A stretch of 64,000 nucleotides of DNA from Nanobdellati archaeon. Lineage in GTDB: Archaea > Nanobdellota > Nanobdellia > Woesearchaeales > GCA-2686295. Each line of letters starts with the position of its first letter. The first letter of the stretch is position 1. The notes under the pieces are model-generated. The model saw only the letters and a list, made by a program, of their open reading frames with translations, did no database searches and was not told the DNA's origin. Shown piece after piece: positions 48,800-57,943 of the stretch. The position numbers and the translations under genes are program-made. The DNA is taken from positions 1,674 through 65,673 of the forward strand of contig JACNFY010000034.1 in the NCBI GenBank assembly GCA_014384375.1, in the 5' to 3' direction.

Positions 48800-48896
48800 G
48801 CCGCGGTCGCATAATGGTATTGCGGAAGGTTCAGATCCTTCGTCCGTCAGGACCTCTGGGTTCGATTCCTTCTGGGCGAGAATCCCAGCCGCGGCG
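48800..48896 (+). tRNA. tRNA-Leu (anticodon CAG) with a putative 16-nt non-canonical insertion/intron in the T-arm
   Basis: Acceptor GCCGCGG/CCGCGGC, D-arm GCAT-AATGGTA-TTGC, anticodon arm GAAGG-TTCAGAT-CCTTC (U33, CAG, A37), variable arm GTCC-GTCA-GGAC. The T-arm CTGGG-TTCGATT-[CCTTCTGGGCGAGAAT]-CCCAG is interrupted. Discriminator G, no encoded CCA. Confidence 0.6.
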
Positions 48897-49199
48897 CACA
48901 CTAAAGATGAAACATCAAAAAGCAAAGCTTTTTGGGCTTCATAAATTGTGGAGATAAATTTATGAAATTTGTCAAAATCAATAATCGGATACTGGATTAC
49001 AATAAGCATAAGAGAGAATGTTTGCTTGTCAAGAATCATATAATAATATCTATGTATGACGTTTTAAGGATTTATGGCTTTACAAAGAAAAGAAACGGCT
49101 TTGTTAACAAGGATTTAAACTTGAGGCTAGAGTTAAAGTTTGATAAGCTGGAAAAAGAGGAGTTTGTTTGAGAAAAATTTTTAATACCTAAGAGTTTTT

Positions 49200-50057
49200 G
49201 TGATTCCTATGAAAAAATTCCGGGAATACTTTCTAATTTTTCTTCGTGGTATATTCATGGGTATAGCTGACATCATACCGGGTGTCTCTGGTGGAACTAT
49301 TGCTTTGATAACAGGCATCTATGAAAGACTGGTGCATGCCATAAGTGGTATTAACTCATTGCTTGTCAAAGAATTTTTTAGTAGGAATTTCAGGAAAGCT
49401 TTCAAGAACATCAAGAAAATAGATTTTGCATTGTTCATACCCTTGTTGTTAGGTATTGCGCTTGCTTTTCTAGCATTATCGCATTTGATGTCATACTTAT
49501 TGCTTGAGTGGACAGCTATTACTTATGCTTTCTTTTTTGGCTTGATACTTGCTTCAGCCTCCTTTGTATATAAGCACGCTGGGAATCATCATTCGAGAAA
49601 CTTTTTTTATCTTATCTTGGGTTTTATCTTTGCTTTCTGGTTCATAGGCTTGAAAGCTTTGGAGGCAAACCATTCTTTGCCAATCATATTCTTTTCTGGA
49701 GCCTTGGCTATATGTGCTATGATTCTACCGGGGATATCAGGAGCTTTCATACTAGTGCTTCTCAACCAGTACGAGTTCATGATAAATGCTATAAAGAATT
49801 TGCTTTTTGACAGGTTAGGAGTTTTTATAGTGGGGGCAGTGATTGGTATCCTATCCTTTTCAAAATTTCTTGACTACTTGCTGAGAAAGCATAAAGGAAC
49901 AACAATGTCTTTTCTCACAGGATTGATGCTTGGGTCACTAAGGTTGCCATATGACAGAGTGGTTGCTTCTGTTGATAAGATGTTGTTTCCAATTATTGCT
50001 GCTGTTGTAGGATTTGCTATAGTTTTTGTCCTTGAGAAGAGGTTTAATCACAAATAA
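49200..50057 (+). CDS. DUF368-family membrane protein (putative polyprenyl-phosphate translocase PopT-like)
   Basis: Two internal repeats each with a Gly-rich loop (DIIPGVSGGTIALITG and ILPGISGAFILVLL) across 8 predicted TM helices. Confidence 0.4.
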   Translation: MIPMKKFREYFLIFLRGIFMGIADIIPGVSGGTIALITGIYERLVHAISGINSLLVKEFFSRNFRKAFKNIKKIDFALFIPLLLGIALAFLALSHLMSYLLLEWTAITYAFFFGLILASASFVYKHAGNHHSRNFFYLILGFIFAFWFIGLKALEANHSLPIIFFSGALAICAMILPGISGAFILVLLNQYEFMINAIKNLLFDRLGVFIVGAVIGILSFSKFLDYLLRKHKGTTMSFLTGLMLGSLRLPYDRVVASVDKMLFPIIAAVVGFAIVFVLEKRFNHK

Positions 50058-50109
50058 TTTTTTTTAGAATAAGTACATCGGGTTAGTTAATTTTTTACCG
50101 ATACCGATA

Positions 50110-51036
50110 CTATTTCTTTTTAATTTTTTTGATATATTTTTCTATTTCTTCTCTGTTAGTATGCCATACATTGTTAATTTTTGTTGCTGGCAATACTCCT
50201 TTTCTAGCGAGTAAACTTAGGTATTCTTGGGAGTAAGGTGTTTCTTTAGCCAGAATAGATAATGGTAACAACTCGTTTTTCTTTGTTGTTTTTGTAAAAG
50301 CGTTTAGATATATTATTAATGATTCCTCTACTCTTAAAGCTATGAAGTTAATGAATGCTTCTAGCTTACCGAAATGTGCTTTTTCTAAGCAGTCAAAGTA
50401 TTTTTTTCTATCTTTAGTTCTTATTATGATTGACGGGAACCCTTTACTCATCAAGATAAGGTTGCATAACAGCCTAGCGGTTCTTCCGTTTCCATCAACA
50501 AATGGATGTATCCTAGCAAGTTCATGATGAGCAAAAGCTGCTAATTCGATAGGCTTATATTTTTCTGGATTTTTGTTTATAAAATATGTTAGATTTCCTA
50601 TCTCACTAGCGACTTTATAGGGAGGAGTCGGTTTTAATTTTGAGCCAACTATTCTATTTTGAGATGTTTTATATCTGCCAGCCCAGTAGTTAGAAATCCC
50701 TTTTAAGGTGATTCTGTGTAATTTAAGAATATCGACTTCTTCTATGTTTTTTTTTTTCTTAGTAAAGGATTCTATCCATTCAAGAGCTTCTCGTTGGTTT
50801 GTTACGTCAAGGTGTTCTCTTAAGCTTTTTCCTCCTATAGTTATTCCTTCATTTAGTACAAGCCTTGTCTCGTTCAAAGTCAATGTGTTTCCTTCTATAG
50901 CTGTAGAATTATAAATATATTCAATTAAAAATTCTTCTTTTAACCTTTGTAGTTGTAGCTTATTCAAAGGTCTAAGGGAGTCGAGAAATTTTTTTCTTTC
51001 CAAAATCCTTTCATATAATTTCTTTGATATTATCAT
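50110..51036 (-). CDS. Fic-family protein
   Basis: Canonical Fic motif HPFVDGNGRTARLL, plus a C-terminal wHTH-like region. Confidence 0.75.
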   Translation of the reverse strand: MIISKKLYERILERKKFLDSLRPLNKLQLQRLKEEFLIEYIYNSTAIEGNTLTLNETRLVLNEGITIGGKSLREHLDVTNQREALEWIESFTKKKKNIEEVDILKLHRITLKGISNYWAGRYKTSQNRIVGSKLKPTPPYKVASEIGNLTYFINKNPEKYKPIELAAFAHHELARIHPFVDGNGRTARLLCNLILMSKGFPSIIIRTKDRKKYFDCLEKAHFGKLEAFINFIALRVEESLIIYLNAFTKTTKKNELLPLSILAKETPYSQEYLSLLARKGVLPATKINNVWHTNREEIEKYIKKIKKK

Positions 51037-51114
51037 GTTGCTTAAGAGTAATTGTCAAGTATATAAATGTATCGGTTAAGCTCATTTTTAATGTCTTCCG
51101 ATACTGTCTATGTC

Positions 51115-52344
51115 TTAAATTATTTCTATTTTCTTAATTCTTTCTAGAACATATCTTTTTTTAAGTAAATCTTGAACTAGTTTTTTCGCTTCCCTGTACT
51201 TTCTTTTCTCCTCTGCAAAGACTCTGTCTCCTTTAACAAAGGTTTTTTTGTGTTTGGCTTTGAACCTCTTCACTCCTTCCTTCTTATTCAGCGGAGGTCC
51301 TCTAACTACTACTTTTTCTGACAATATTTCTTTCTTGACAATGAAGTAAAATATTCCTTTTTCTTTGAACTCCCATTCAGACTCTGTTATCTTGAAGTCA
51401 TTCTTCTTGATACTCATTTTTATGAACTCGTATGCTTTCAACAGCTTTGCTCCGATGACATCCTTTTTTCCCTTCAAAGGATTTGCTTCTATGAAAAACA
51501 ATTCCTGATTTTTTTTAAGGGTGCTCTCTACATCCTTTTTACTGAAACCTTTAACTTTGAAAAATTCCTTGCTAGGTTGCTGTAAGAATTTCTTGCATGC
51601 CTCTTTGAAATCTTCAAACTTCTGCCTGTTAAGGGCTGCTGCAGCGTTCCTGCAAAGCTGCATAGGGTCGACAATTACTAATGGTGAGTGTGTCTTTGCC
51701 CTGTCTAGTTCTTTCAAAGGATTTTTTAGTTGTTTCTCGATGTCAATAACTACTTTTGGCTTCCAATCAATAGCATTTTTCAACAGTTTTTCAAATGATC
51801 CATAGTGTATTATTAGTAAGTCCAATATGTGACCAGAGAAGCCTTTGATATATGACTCTGCGCCATACACTTTTGCTGCTTTGCAGAACTGCTTTGCAAG
51901 TCTGATATCATCTGCTTGTCCTCTCTTGAGTTTTTTCTTAACGTAATCAACATGCAAAGGACTCATATCAGTGACGTTCTCAGCCTTTCTGTAATTATTA
52001 ATCTTTAGAACAGGTACTATCTCGAACAATAGCTTGTTCTGGAACTGGAAATAGTCTCTGCTGCCATGCACTCTCTTGATGTTGAATTCTTTTTTAAGAA
52101 CTTTCTCAAGAATATCTGATAATCGCTTATTCTTCATCGAATAATCAAATCTCACAAACAAGTCCACGTCATAATCATCCTTTAAGAATGTGCCTTTTGC
52201 TATGCTGCCTCCTTTCATACATTCAGCTTTTATCCCTGATTTTTTGAGTAGAGAATTAATTCTTTTTACAGTATCATCTACTTCAGAGATTATTTTTTCA
52301 TCAGGTCTTAGCTCTTTCTTTACTTTATCTAAAATTTCTCTCAT
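51115..52344 (-). CDS. cca: archaeal CCA-adding enzyme (class I tRNA nucleotidyltransferase)
   Basis: MKGGSIAKGTFLKDDYDVDLFVRF is the archaeal class I CCA motif (GSxAKGTxL...DxDxFV). Length 409 aa. Confidence 0.7.
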   Translation of the reverse strand: MREILDKVKKELRPDEKIISEVDDTVKRINSLLKKSGIKAECMKGGSIAKGTFLKDDYDVDLFVRFDYSMKNKRLSDILEKVLKKEFNIKRVHGSRDYFQFQNKLLFEIVPVLKINNYRKAENVTDMSPLHVDYVKKKLKRGQADDIRLAKQFCKAAKVYGAESYIKGFSGHILDLLIIHYGSFEKLLKNAIDWKPKVVIDIEKQLKNPLKELDRAKTHSPLVIVDPMQLCRNAAAALNRQKFEDFKEACKKFLQQPSKEFFKVKGFSKKDVESTLKKNQELFFIEANPLKGKKDVIGAKLLKAYEFIKMSIKKNDFKITESEWEFKEKGIFYFIVKKEILSEKVVVRGPPLNKKEGVKRFKAKHKKTFVKGDRVFAEEKRKYREAKKLVQDLLKKRYVLERIKKIEII

Positions 52345-52458
52345 ACATTATTTGAATGATTGTAATTATAAAAAGCTTATCCTATTTCTCCTCTTCCTAA
52401 ATCGAAAATTATATATACTTGTATTTACGGTTTCTATAGAAAAGAGGGAATGGGTTGA

Positions 52459-53133
52459 ATGGTCGATCAGAAGCTTGTGGACTATATAGAAGAGGTTGTA
52501 CATAGGGGTGTAAGTGTCAAACAAGCTGAAGATAAACTTATTCAAGCCGGCTATAAAAAGTCTGATATTAAAGAGGCGGCTTCTAAAGTGAAGCGAAAAA
52601 AATTTGAAGAGGTGGGAGCCATAATTCTAGGTGTCATAATAGTAATTGGCCTTCTAGGACTAATCATTGATAAATTATATTATGAAGAAGTTGTGGAAGA
52701 GCCTAAATCTTCTTTTGAAAGCTTAAAAGATGCTATAGAGAGTGGAGATATTTCTGCATGTGACCAATTCAACCCGGTTAAGAAGGATGTGTGCAGGAAA
52801 ACAATACTTGGGGAGCTGGGAGGAGATAATCCTCCTAACCTTCCTAAAGAAGAGCCGATTATCGAGCAGGCTCGTCAATTACAGGATCCTTCACTATGTG
52901 AGGACATTGATAGCGTCATCCAGAAGGATAGATGCTTGATTGCTAGTGGAGCAAAAGAAGCTCCTATAGTAGAAAGGTATTATTTTGATAATGAAACTAA
53001 CCAAACATTGCCTACTGAATATCAGATAGTTGAGGATATTACTGCTGAAGCAGCAGTCACTGGTGATTCAAGCTTATGTGACCAGATAACAAACCCTGTC
53101 AAGAGACAGAGGTGCCTGGTAAAGTCATCATAA
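52459..53133 (+). CDS. membrane-anchored protein with three paired-Cys modules
   Basis: Internal TM helix (AIILGVIIVIGLLGLII), then ISACDQF..KKDVCRK, SLCEDIDSVIQKDRCLI and SLCDQITNPVKRQRCLV. Confidence 0.4.
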   Translation: MVDQKLVDYIEEVVHRGVSVKQAEDKLIQAGYKKSDIKEAASKVKRKKFEEVGAIILGVIIVIGLLGLIIDKLYYEEVVEEPKSSFESLKDAIESGDISACDQFNPVKKDVCRKTILGELGGDNPPNLPKEEPIIEQARQLQDPSLCEDIDSVIQKDRCLIASGAKEAPIVERYYFDNETNQTLPTEYQIVEDITAEAAVTGDSSLCDQITNPVKRQRCLVKSS

Positions 53134-53156
53134 AAAAGGATAATGGGTGAAATAAG

Positions 53157-54242
53157 ATGAAAAAAATATTGTTGCTGATTGTTTTAATGTTGGTGTTAGC
53201 ATTAAAGGTTGTTAGTGCACAATCTTGTGGTGGAGCGGCTACACAAGGTCCTGTGCGTCAGGGAGAAGGTGTTACTCTAATAGCTCCGAGTGGTGTGACT
53301 GCTGGAACTCTTACATGGACAATTACAAATCCTATTTATCCTTCTATTGATTCAGACCCATTCCAATCAGCTTTCTCAAATCCTTCAGGGTGTAACGTTG
53401 ATTTTAACGCTGTGAGAGCAGGAACATTTACCATTGAGGTGACTGACGGGACAAGTACCGGGACTATTTCTATAGAAGTTGAGGATGTTCTTGAAACTTA
53501 TGGTTTTGGTCATCAGTGCTATGTTATTGATACTGGTAATTGTGGTGACTTGTACACTTATGGTGATATTATTGCTTTAGAAGCTATAAGTGCCAATGAC
53601 ATATTTTCTTATGGCATAGTGCATTCTTATGGTACAATAACAGTTGGTGGCACAGTTAGTCTTGCGCCTACACTTGTTCAACTCCCTGACACTCTTATAA
53701 CAGGTGATTTGGATGTTTCAGGAAACATACTTGATAGTTCGGATAATGTTGTTGACATTAGTAGTAATGTTCATATGACTAATAACCTTTCTGTTGATGG
53801 CGTGACAACTCTTTCTGACTTACTTGTACAAGCTCAGTTGACAGCTTTGGCAGGAGCGTCTATTCTTGGTAATCTTGTTGTCACTGGAGATGCTAATGTC
53901 GATACTTTAAGTGTTTCCCAGGATGCTGATGTAACTGGTAGTGTTAAAAGTGAAGGTCGATTTATGGGAAATTTAAATTTGAGAAAGACTTGTGATGCTG
54001 CCAGTCCGAGGATGTATCAGGAGAATGATGACTTTGTTATAGAGCTTGGTCAAGCGGGACAATGTACTGGTATGGAACCCTGTGAGAGCGATGAAGACTG
54101 CAATAGTTATCAGCTATTTCCTAGTATTGGTGGTTGTAGAGCTGATAAAAATACTTGTTTAGGTGAGGGAGGTGATCCTTGTCAGGAAGATGCTGATTGT
54201 ATGGGTCCTTTTTTTTGTGACGCGGGTCAGTGCACAGTTTAA
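53157..54242 (+). CDS. secreted Cys-rich protein with C-terminal Cys-knot-like domain
   Basis: Signal peptide, Gly/Thr/Val-rich beta-strand-like body, and C-terminal NLNLRKTCDAASPR...CQEDADCMGPFFCDAGQCTV. Confidence 0.5.
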   Translation: MKKILLLIVLMLVLALKVVSAQSCGGAATQGPVRQGEGVTLIAPSGVTAGTLTWTITNPIYPSIDSDPFQSAFSNPSGCNVDFNAVRAGTFTIEVTDGTSTGTISIEVEDVLETYGFGHQCYVIDTGNCGDLYTYGDIIALEAISANDIFSYGIVHSYGTITVGGTVSLAPTLVQLPDTLITGDLDVSGNILDSSDNVVDISSNVHMTNNLSVDGVTTLSDLLVQAQLTALAGASILGNLVVTGDANVDTLSVSQDADVTGSVKSEGRFMGNLNLRKTCDAASPRMYQENDDFVIELGQAGQCTGMEPCESDEDCNSYQLFPSIGGCRADKNTCLGEGGDPCQEDADCMGPFFCDAGQCTV

Positions 54243-55366
54243 AAATGTCTTATAAAATTAGTTTAAAGAAATTTTTCGTCTTCTTTTTGTTACTTGTAGT
54301 TATTAGTGGATCTTCTTTGGCTTTTGAGGTTTATTTGTGTATTGATGGACAAGCGTGTGATGATAGTAACAATTGTGGTAATATAAACAATCCTTGTCTA
54401 GTTAATGAGGCGCAGGAGTATGGGATTAATGCGGATGATCCTGAAGGGTGTTATCATACTTGGCATCAAGCTCGAATTGCTGGGGATGTAGAAATAACTC
54501 TTTTAGATCCTCCTCCGTTGATTGACGGGGTTTGGTATAAATCCAGGTGGAGCTTTCCAATTGTTCATGAGCCAACGTTGATAAGGATTGACTATATAAG
54601 GTCTCAGGGTTGTAGTCCTTTTTTTGCTACTGCTACAGGCTACTTTGAGATTCAGGATGTTATTCCTCCAAAGCATGAATGCTTTGTGGTAAATACAACT
54701 ATTTGTGAAACCCTTACACAAGCTAGCAATATAATGCCTTATTATGATATTATTACTGGAGAAGGCTATGATTTAAGAGCAACAAATTATTTGGAAGCTA
54801 CGATTCTTTTAGAGGTAGAGGAGCAACTCTCTATTGGGGACCTTTTAACTCCTAGTGTTGTTTTTGATAGTTCCTCTGCAAAACTCCCGAGTACTGATGA
54901 AGGCGCAACTCTTACAATTAATGGTACTTTGGAAACTCAGGGAATCATCAATGATAGTGTTGATGGAGAGGTTGTTTTTGGTGATGGTGTTTATATGCTT
55001 TCTGATTTGGAGGTTGATGGCGCTTCAGATTTTGCTTTACTTAGTGATATCACTGGATCAATTACTGCTTTTGGTGCGGACATTGCTTCTTTAGAAGCTG
55101 ATAGTCTAGAAGTTTCTAATCTGAATGTTTACAACGCTGTTGGTGGTGATGATTTGTTCGTGACCGGTGATATAAGGGCAAGCACATTTGTTGGAGGTCT
55201 TAATCTTAGAAAGGCATGTGATGCAGTTTCTAATAGAGTTAGAGGAGACAGTAACGGTTTGAGTCTGATATTTGGTGATGATGTTGGTGCTTGTGGGTTG
55301 GGAGACTTTTGTGAAGGGTCTGGAGACTGTCTTTCAGGTAGTTGCGTGAATGGTAGATGTGTTTAA
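54230..55366 (+). CDS. secreted Cys-rich protein, paralogous C-terminal domain to 53157..54242
   Basis: Signal peptide and a C-terminal GLNLRKACDAVSNR...FCEGSGDCLSGSCVNGRCV. Confidence 0.5.
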   Translation: MHSLKMSYKISLKKFFVFFLLLVVISGSSLAFEVYLCIDGQACDDSNNCGNINNPCLVNEAQEYGINADDPEGCYHTWHQARIAGDVEITLLDPPPLIDGVWYKSRWSFPIVHEPTLIRIDYIRSQGCSPFFATATGYFEIQDVIPPKHECFVVNTTICETLTQASNIMPYYDIITGEGYDLRATNYLEATILLEVEEQLSIGDLLTPSVVFDSSSAKLPSTDEGATLTINGTLETQGIINDSVDGEVVFGDGVYMLSDLEVDGASDFALLSDITGSITAFGADIASLEADSLEVSNLNVYNAVGGDDLFVTGDIRASTFVGGLNLRKACDAVSNRVRGDSNGLSLIFGDDVGACGLGDFCEGSGDCLSGSCVNGRCV

Positions 55367-55775
55367 AATGATGAAATTGAAGCCTTTAGAAATAGGAATT
55401 TTGGTTTTGGTAGTTTTAGTTGCTTATATCATTAGTTTGTATATGCTGGGAGAAGATAAGTTTGTTGAACAGCCGAAGGTATTTATTCCTGAGGGTGCTA
55501 GTGATGATTTTGTCATCGAGCAAGCTTACCAGCACGCTGATGAGACTGTGTGTGAACATATAGATGAGGGTGAGAGTAAGGATGAATGCCTTGAAAGGGT
55601 TGAGGACAAGAAGTTTTTGGATGAAGGAGTTGAGAAAGCGAAGAAGGAGTTTAGCGGTGTTTCAGCAGAGGACCAGATTTTGCTTGGAAAGGCATTGGTA
55701 GGTAAAGATAGCTCTTTGTGTGAGCAAATAATTGATGAGGCTACAAAGCAGAAATGCTTTGATTTGTTAGTTTGA
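55350..55775 (+). CDS. TM-anchored paired-Cys module protein
   Basis: N-terminal TM helix, then TVCEHIDEGESKDECL and SSLCEQIIDEATKQKCF. Confidence 0.4.
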   Translation: MVDVFKMMKLKPLEIGILVLVVLVAYIISLYMLGEDKFVEQPKVFIPEGASDDFVIEQAYQHADETVCEHIDEGESKDECLERVEDKKFLDEGVEKAKKEFSGVSAEDQILLGKALVGKDSSLCEQIIDEATKQKCFDLLV

Positions 55776-55782
55776 GGTTAAA

Positions 55783-56331
55783 ATGAAGAGAGGAATGATG
55801 TTTTTGGTATTAACAATCTTCTTATCCAGTTTTACTTATGCAATCCTTGAGGACGAGTTAGCTGCTTGTGGTGACAATATAAGGTGTAAGTTTAGGATGG
55901 CTGCGAAAACCCATAATTCTACTGAATGTGATTCTTTGGAAGGTAGTTTGGCTGATAACTGCAAAAGATTTGTTGTTGCACAGACAGAGATTCGAGGAGA
56001 TGTTTCTTTTCCGCAACGAACTTTGCCAATTATGAAGGATGAAAGCATTTTTCCGGAAAAAATAACTAGTTCTATGATTATAGGATCAATAATAGTCATC
56101 ATGGTGTTTCTGTTTATTATACTCCTATTGTTTTTCGAGCATTATAAGCATAAGTTATTCATAAAAGACCATGCTGACCTTGTAAATTATGTTAGGAATT
56201 CATTAGACAAAAATATTCTAGAAGAAGATATATTAAACAAGCTTAGACGTGTTGGGTGGAAAAAAGATATGATAAAAGAAGCCATAAAAGATGCTAAGCA
56301 TTTGAAAAAAATAGGTAAAGAGAAAAAATGA
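55783..56331 (+). CDS. signal/TM protein with paired-Cys module and C-terminal TM + basic tail
   Basis: LAACGDNIRCKF, ECDSLEGSLADNCKRF, and a second TM helix (IIGSIIVIMVFLFIILLLFF). Confidence 0.35.
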   Translation: MKRGMMFLVLTIFLSSFTYAILEDELAACGDNIRCKFRMAAKTHNSTECDSLEGSLADNCKRFVVAQTEIRGDVSFPQRTLPIMKDESIFPEKITSSMIIGSIIVIMVFLFIILLLFFEHYKHKLFIKDHADLVNYVRNSLDKNILEEDILNKLRRVGWKKDMIKEAIKDAKHLKKIGKEKK

Positions 56332-57089
56332 GTGAACTAAAGAGGTTTGGAGTGTTATTGAAGAAAGATTTGTTGGATTCTATTAAGGATAAGAAGGCGA
56401 TTATTGCTTTGCTGATATTCTTATTAACACTTTATGGGAGCATGTCTCTTGCAGATAATATTAATGAAGAATTACATGAAAAGGATATTGAGCCAAGCCT
56501 TTATGATGATGTTGAAAGAACTTTTGGTAGTTTGGATGTGTTCATACCTTTTGTTTTATCAATTTTTTTATTGCCTCTTGTGGCTTTAATAATGGCTTTT
56601 GATTCGATAGCTGCTCAAAGAGAGAATAATAATGTCAGATATTACTTGCTGAAAGTTAGAAGGGTGACTTTTTTGGTGTCTAAAGTTTTTTCAAACTTTA
56701 TAATATTGGTAATTGTTTTTGGCTTGTTCTTCTTAATATCAAACATCGTTTTGTATTATAAGTTAGGTTACAGTTTTAACTTGGAATCTTTCTTCTACCC
56801 TTGGACATTGTTATCAGTCTATTCTCTTGCTCTGATATCTTTTTACACATTTTTATCTTCGATTCCTAAGACCACAGTTGTTGCTTTAATGCTCTGCTTT
56901 GCTGGTTTGTTATTTTTAGTTTTTACGCTTTCCACACCTTACCTGAAGTGGCTTTCAATGTTTAGTTATCTAAGCAACTTTATGAAAAGTACGGCAAAAG
57001 AGAAGTTTTTCAACTATCTGGGGTTGAGTGTTTACGCAGTAGTGTTTTTTGTATTATCATGGATTAAATTAGAGAGGACAGATCTATGA
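56328..57089 (+). CDS. ABC-2-type transporter permease
   Basis: 253 aa, ~6 TM helices, directly upstream of the ABC ATPase with a 4-nt overlap. Confidence 0.5.
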   Translation: MSELKRFGVLLKKDLLDSIKDKKAIIALLIFLLTLYGSMSLADNINEELHEKDIEPSLYDDVERTFGSLDVFIPFVLSIFLLPLVALIMAFDSIAAQRENNNVRYYLLKVRRVTFLVSKVFSNFIILVIVFGLFFLISNIVLYYKLGYSFNLESFFYPWTLLSVYSLALISFYTFLSSIPKTTVVALMLCFAGLLFLVFTLSTPYLKWLSMFSYLSNFMKSTAKEKFFNYLGLSVYAVVFFVLSWIKLERTDL

Positions 57090-57943
57090 TTGAAGTAAAG
57101 AGTTTGACAAAGTTTTATGGTAAGAAGCAGGCTTTAGATAATGTTAGTTTTGAGATTCCTTTGAAGAGTTCTTTTGCAGTAATAGGTGAGAATGGTGCTG
57201 GAAAATCGACTTTCATAAATATTTTGTCAGGATTTGTTCATAAGACAAGTGGAGAAGTGATTTTTAGGAAGAAGTCGAAGCTTGGAGTGATGCCCCAGGA
57301 TTCTGCGTTAGAGGGTAGCATGACTTGTAAGAGTTTCTTGGTTTTGATTTCAGGGCTTGAAGGTAGGACTAGGAAGCAAGCTCAAAAGGAAGCTATGAGT
57401 TTGTTGGAGAAGGTTAAGCTGGAGAATGAAGCCAATACAAAGATAAGGAAACTATCACATGGTATGAGAAAGAGGCTCCAGATAGCTCAGGCTTTGATTG
57501 GGGACCCTGAGATATTAGTTTTTGATGAGCCAGTCTCAGGTTTAGACCCTAGGATTGCTAGGACTATAAAGGACTTGATTGGGAGTCTTTCAAAGGAAAA
57601 AACAATGATTTACTGCACTCACAACTTGAATGAGGTTGAAGAGTTATGTGACATTGTTTTGATATTGAAAAATGGTAGAGTAGTTAAGACCTTCCAGATG
57701 GAAAAACTGAGCAAAGGAAACAAGGTTGTTGTTGTTTATAATAAGAGACCGACTGATTTAATGGAGCAATTGAAAAAGAAGAAATACATAAGAAATCTGT
57801 TGTATAAAAATAAGACCTTAGAGCTTACTTTTGAAAACAGGTCACGTGAGAAGGAGGTTGTTTCTTTGCTTACGGGCTCTGATTTTGTTAGTTTGAAAAG
57901 AGGGGTTAGTCTAGAATCAGAATTTTTAGAGAGTACAAAATGA
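57086..57943 (+). CDS. ABC transporter ATP-binding protein
   Basis: Walker A GENGAGKST, signature-like LSHGMRKRLQIAQAL, Walker B ILVFDEP, H-loop CTHN. Confidence 0.8.
   Translation: MIEVKSLTKFYGKKQALDNVSFEIPLKSSFAVIGENGAGKSTFINILSGFVHKTSGEVIFRKKSKLGVMPQDSALEGSMTCKSFLVLISGLEGRTRKQAQKEAMSLLEKVKLENEANTKIRKLSHGMRKRLQIAQALIGDPEILVFDEPVSGLDPRIARTIKDLIGSLSKEKTMIYCTHNLNEVEELCDIVLILKNGRVVKTFQMEKLSKGNKVVVVYNKRPTDLMEQLKKKKYIRNLLYKNKTLELTFENRSREKEVVSLLTGSDFVSLKRGVSLESEFLESTK

Noticed and set aside
48782-49039. 85-aa ORF on the minus strand spanning the tRNA-Leu gene
   Set aside because: It overlaps a confidently folded tRNA, and the ORF is a by-product of the GC-rich tRNA sequence.
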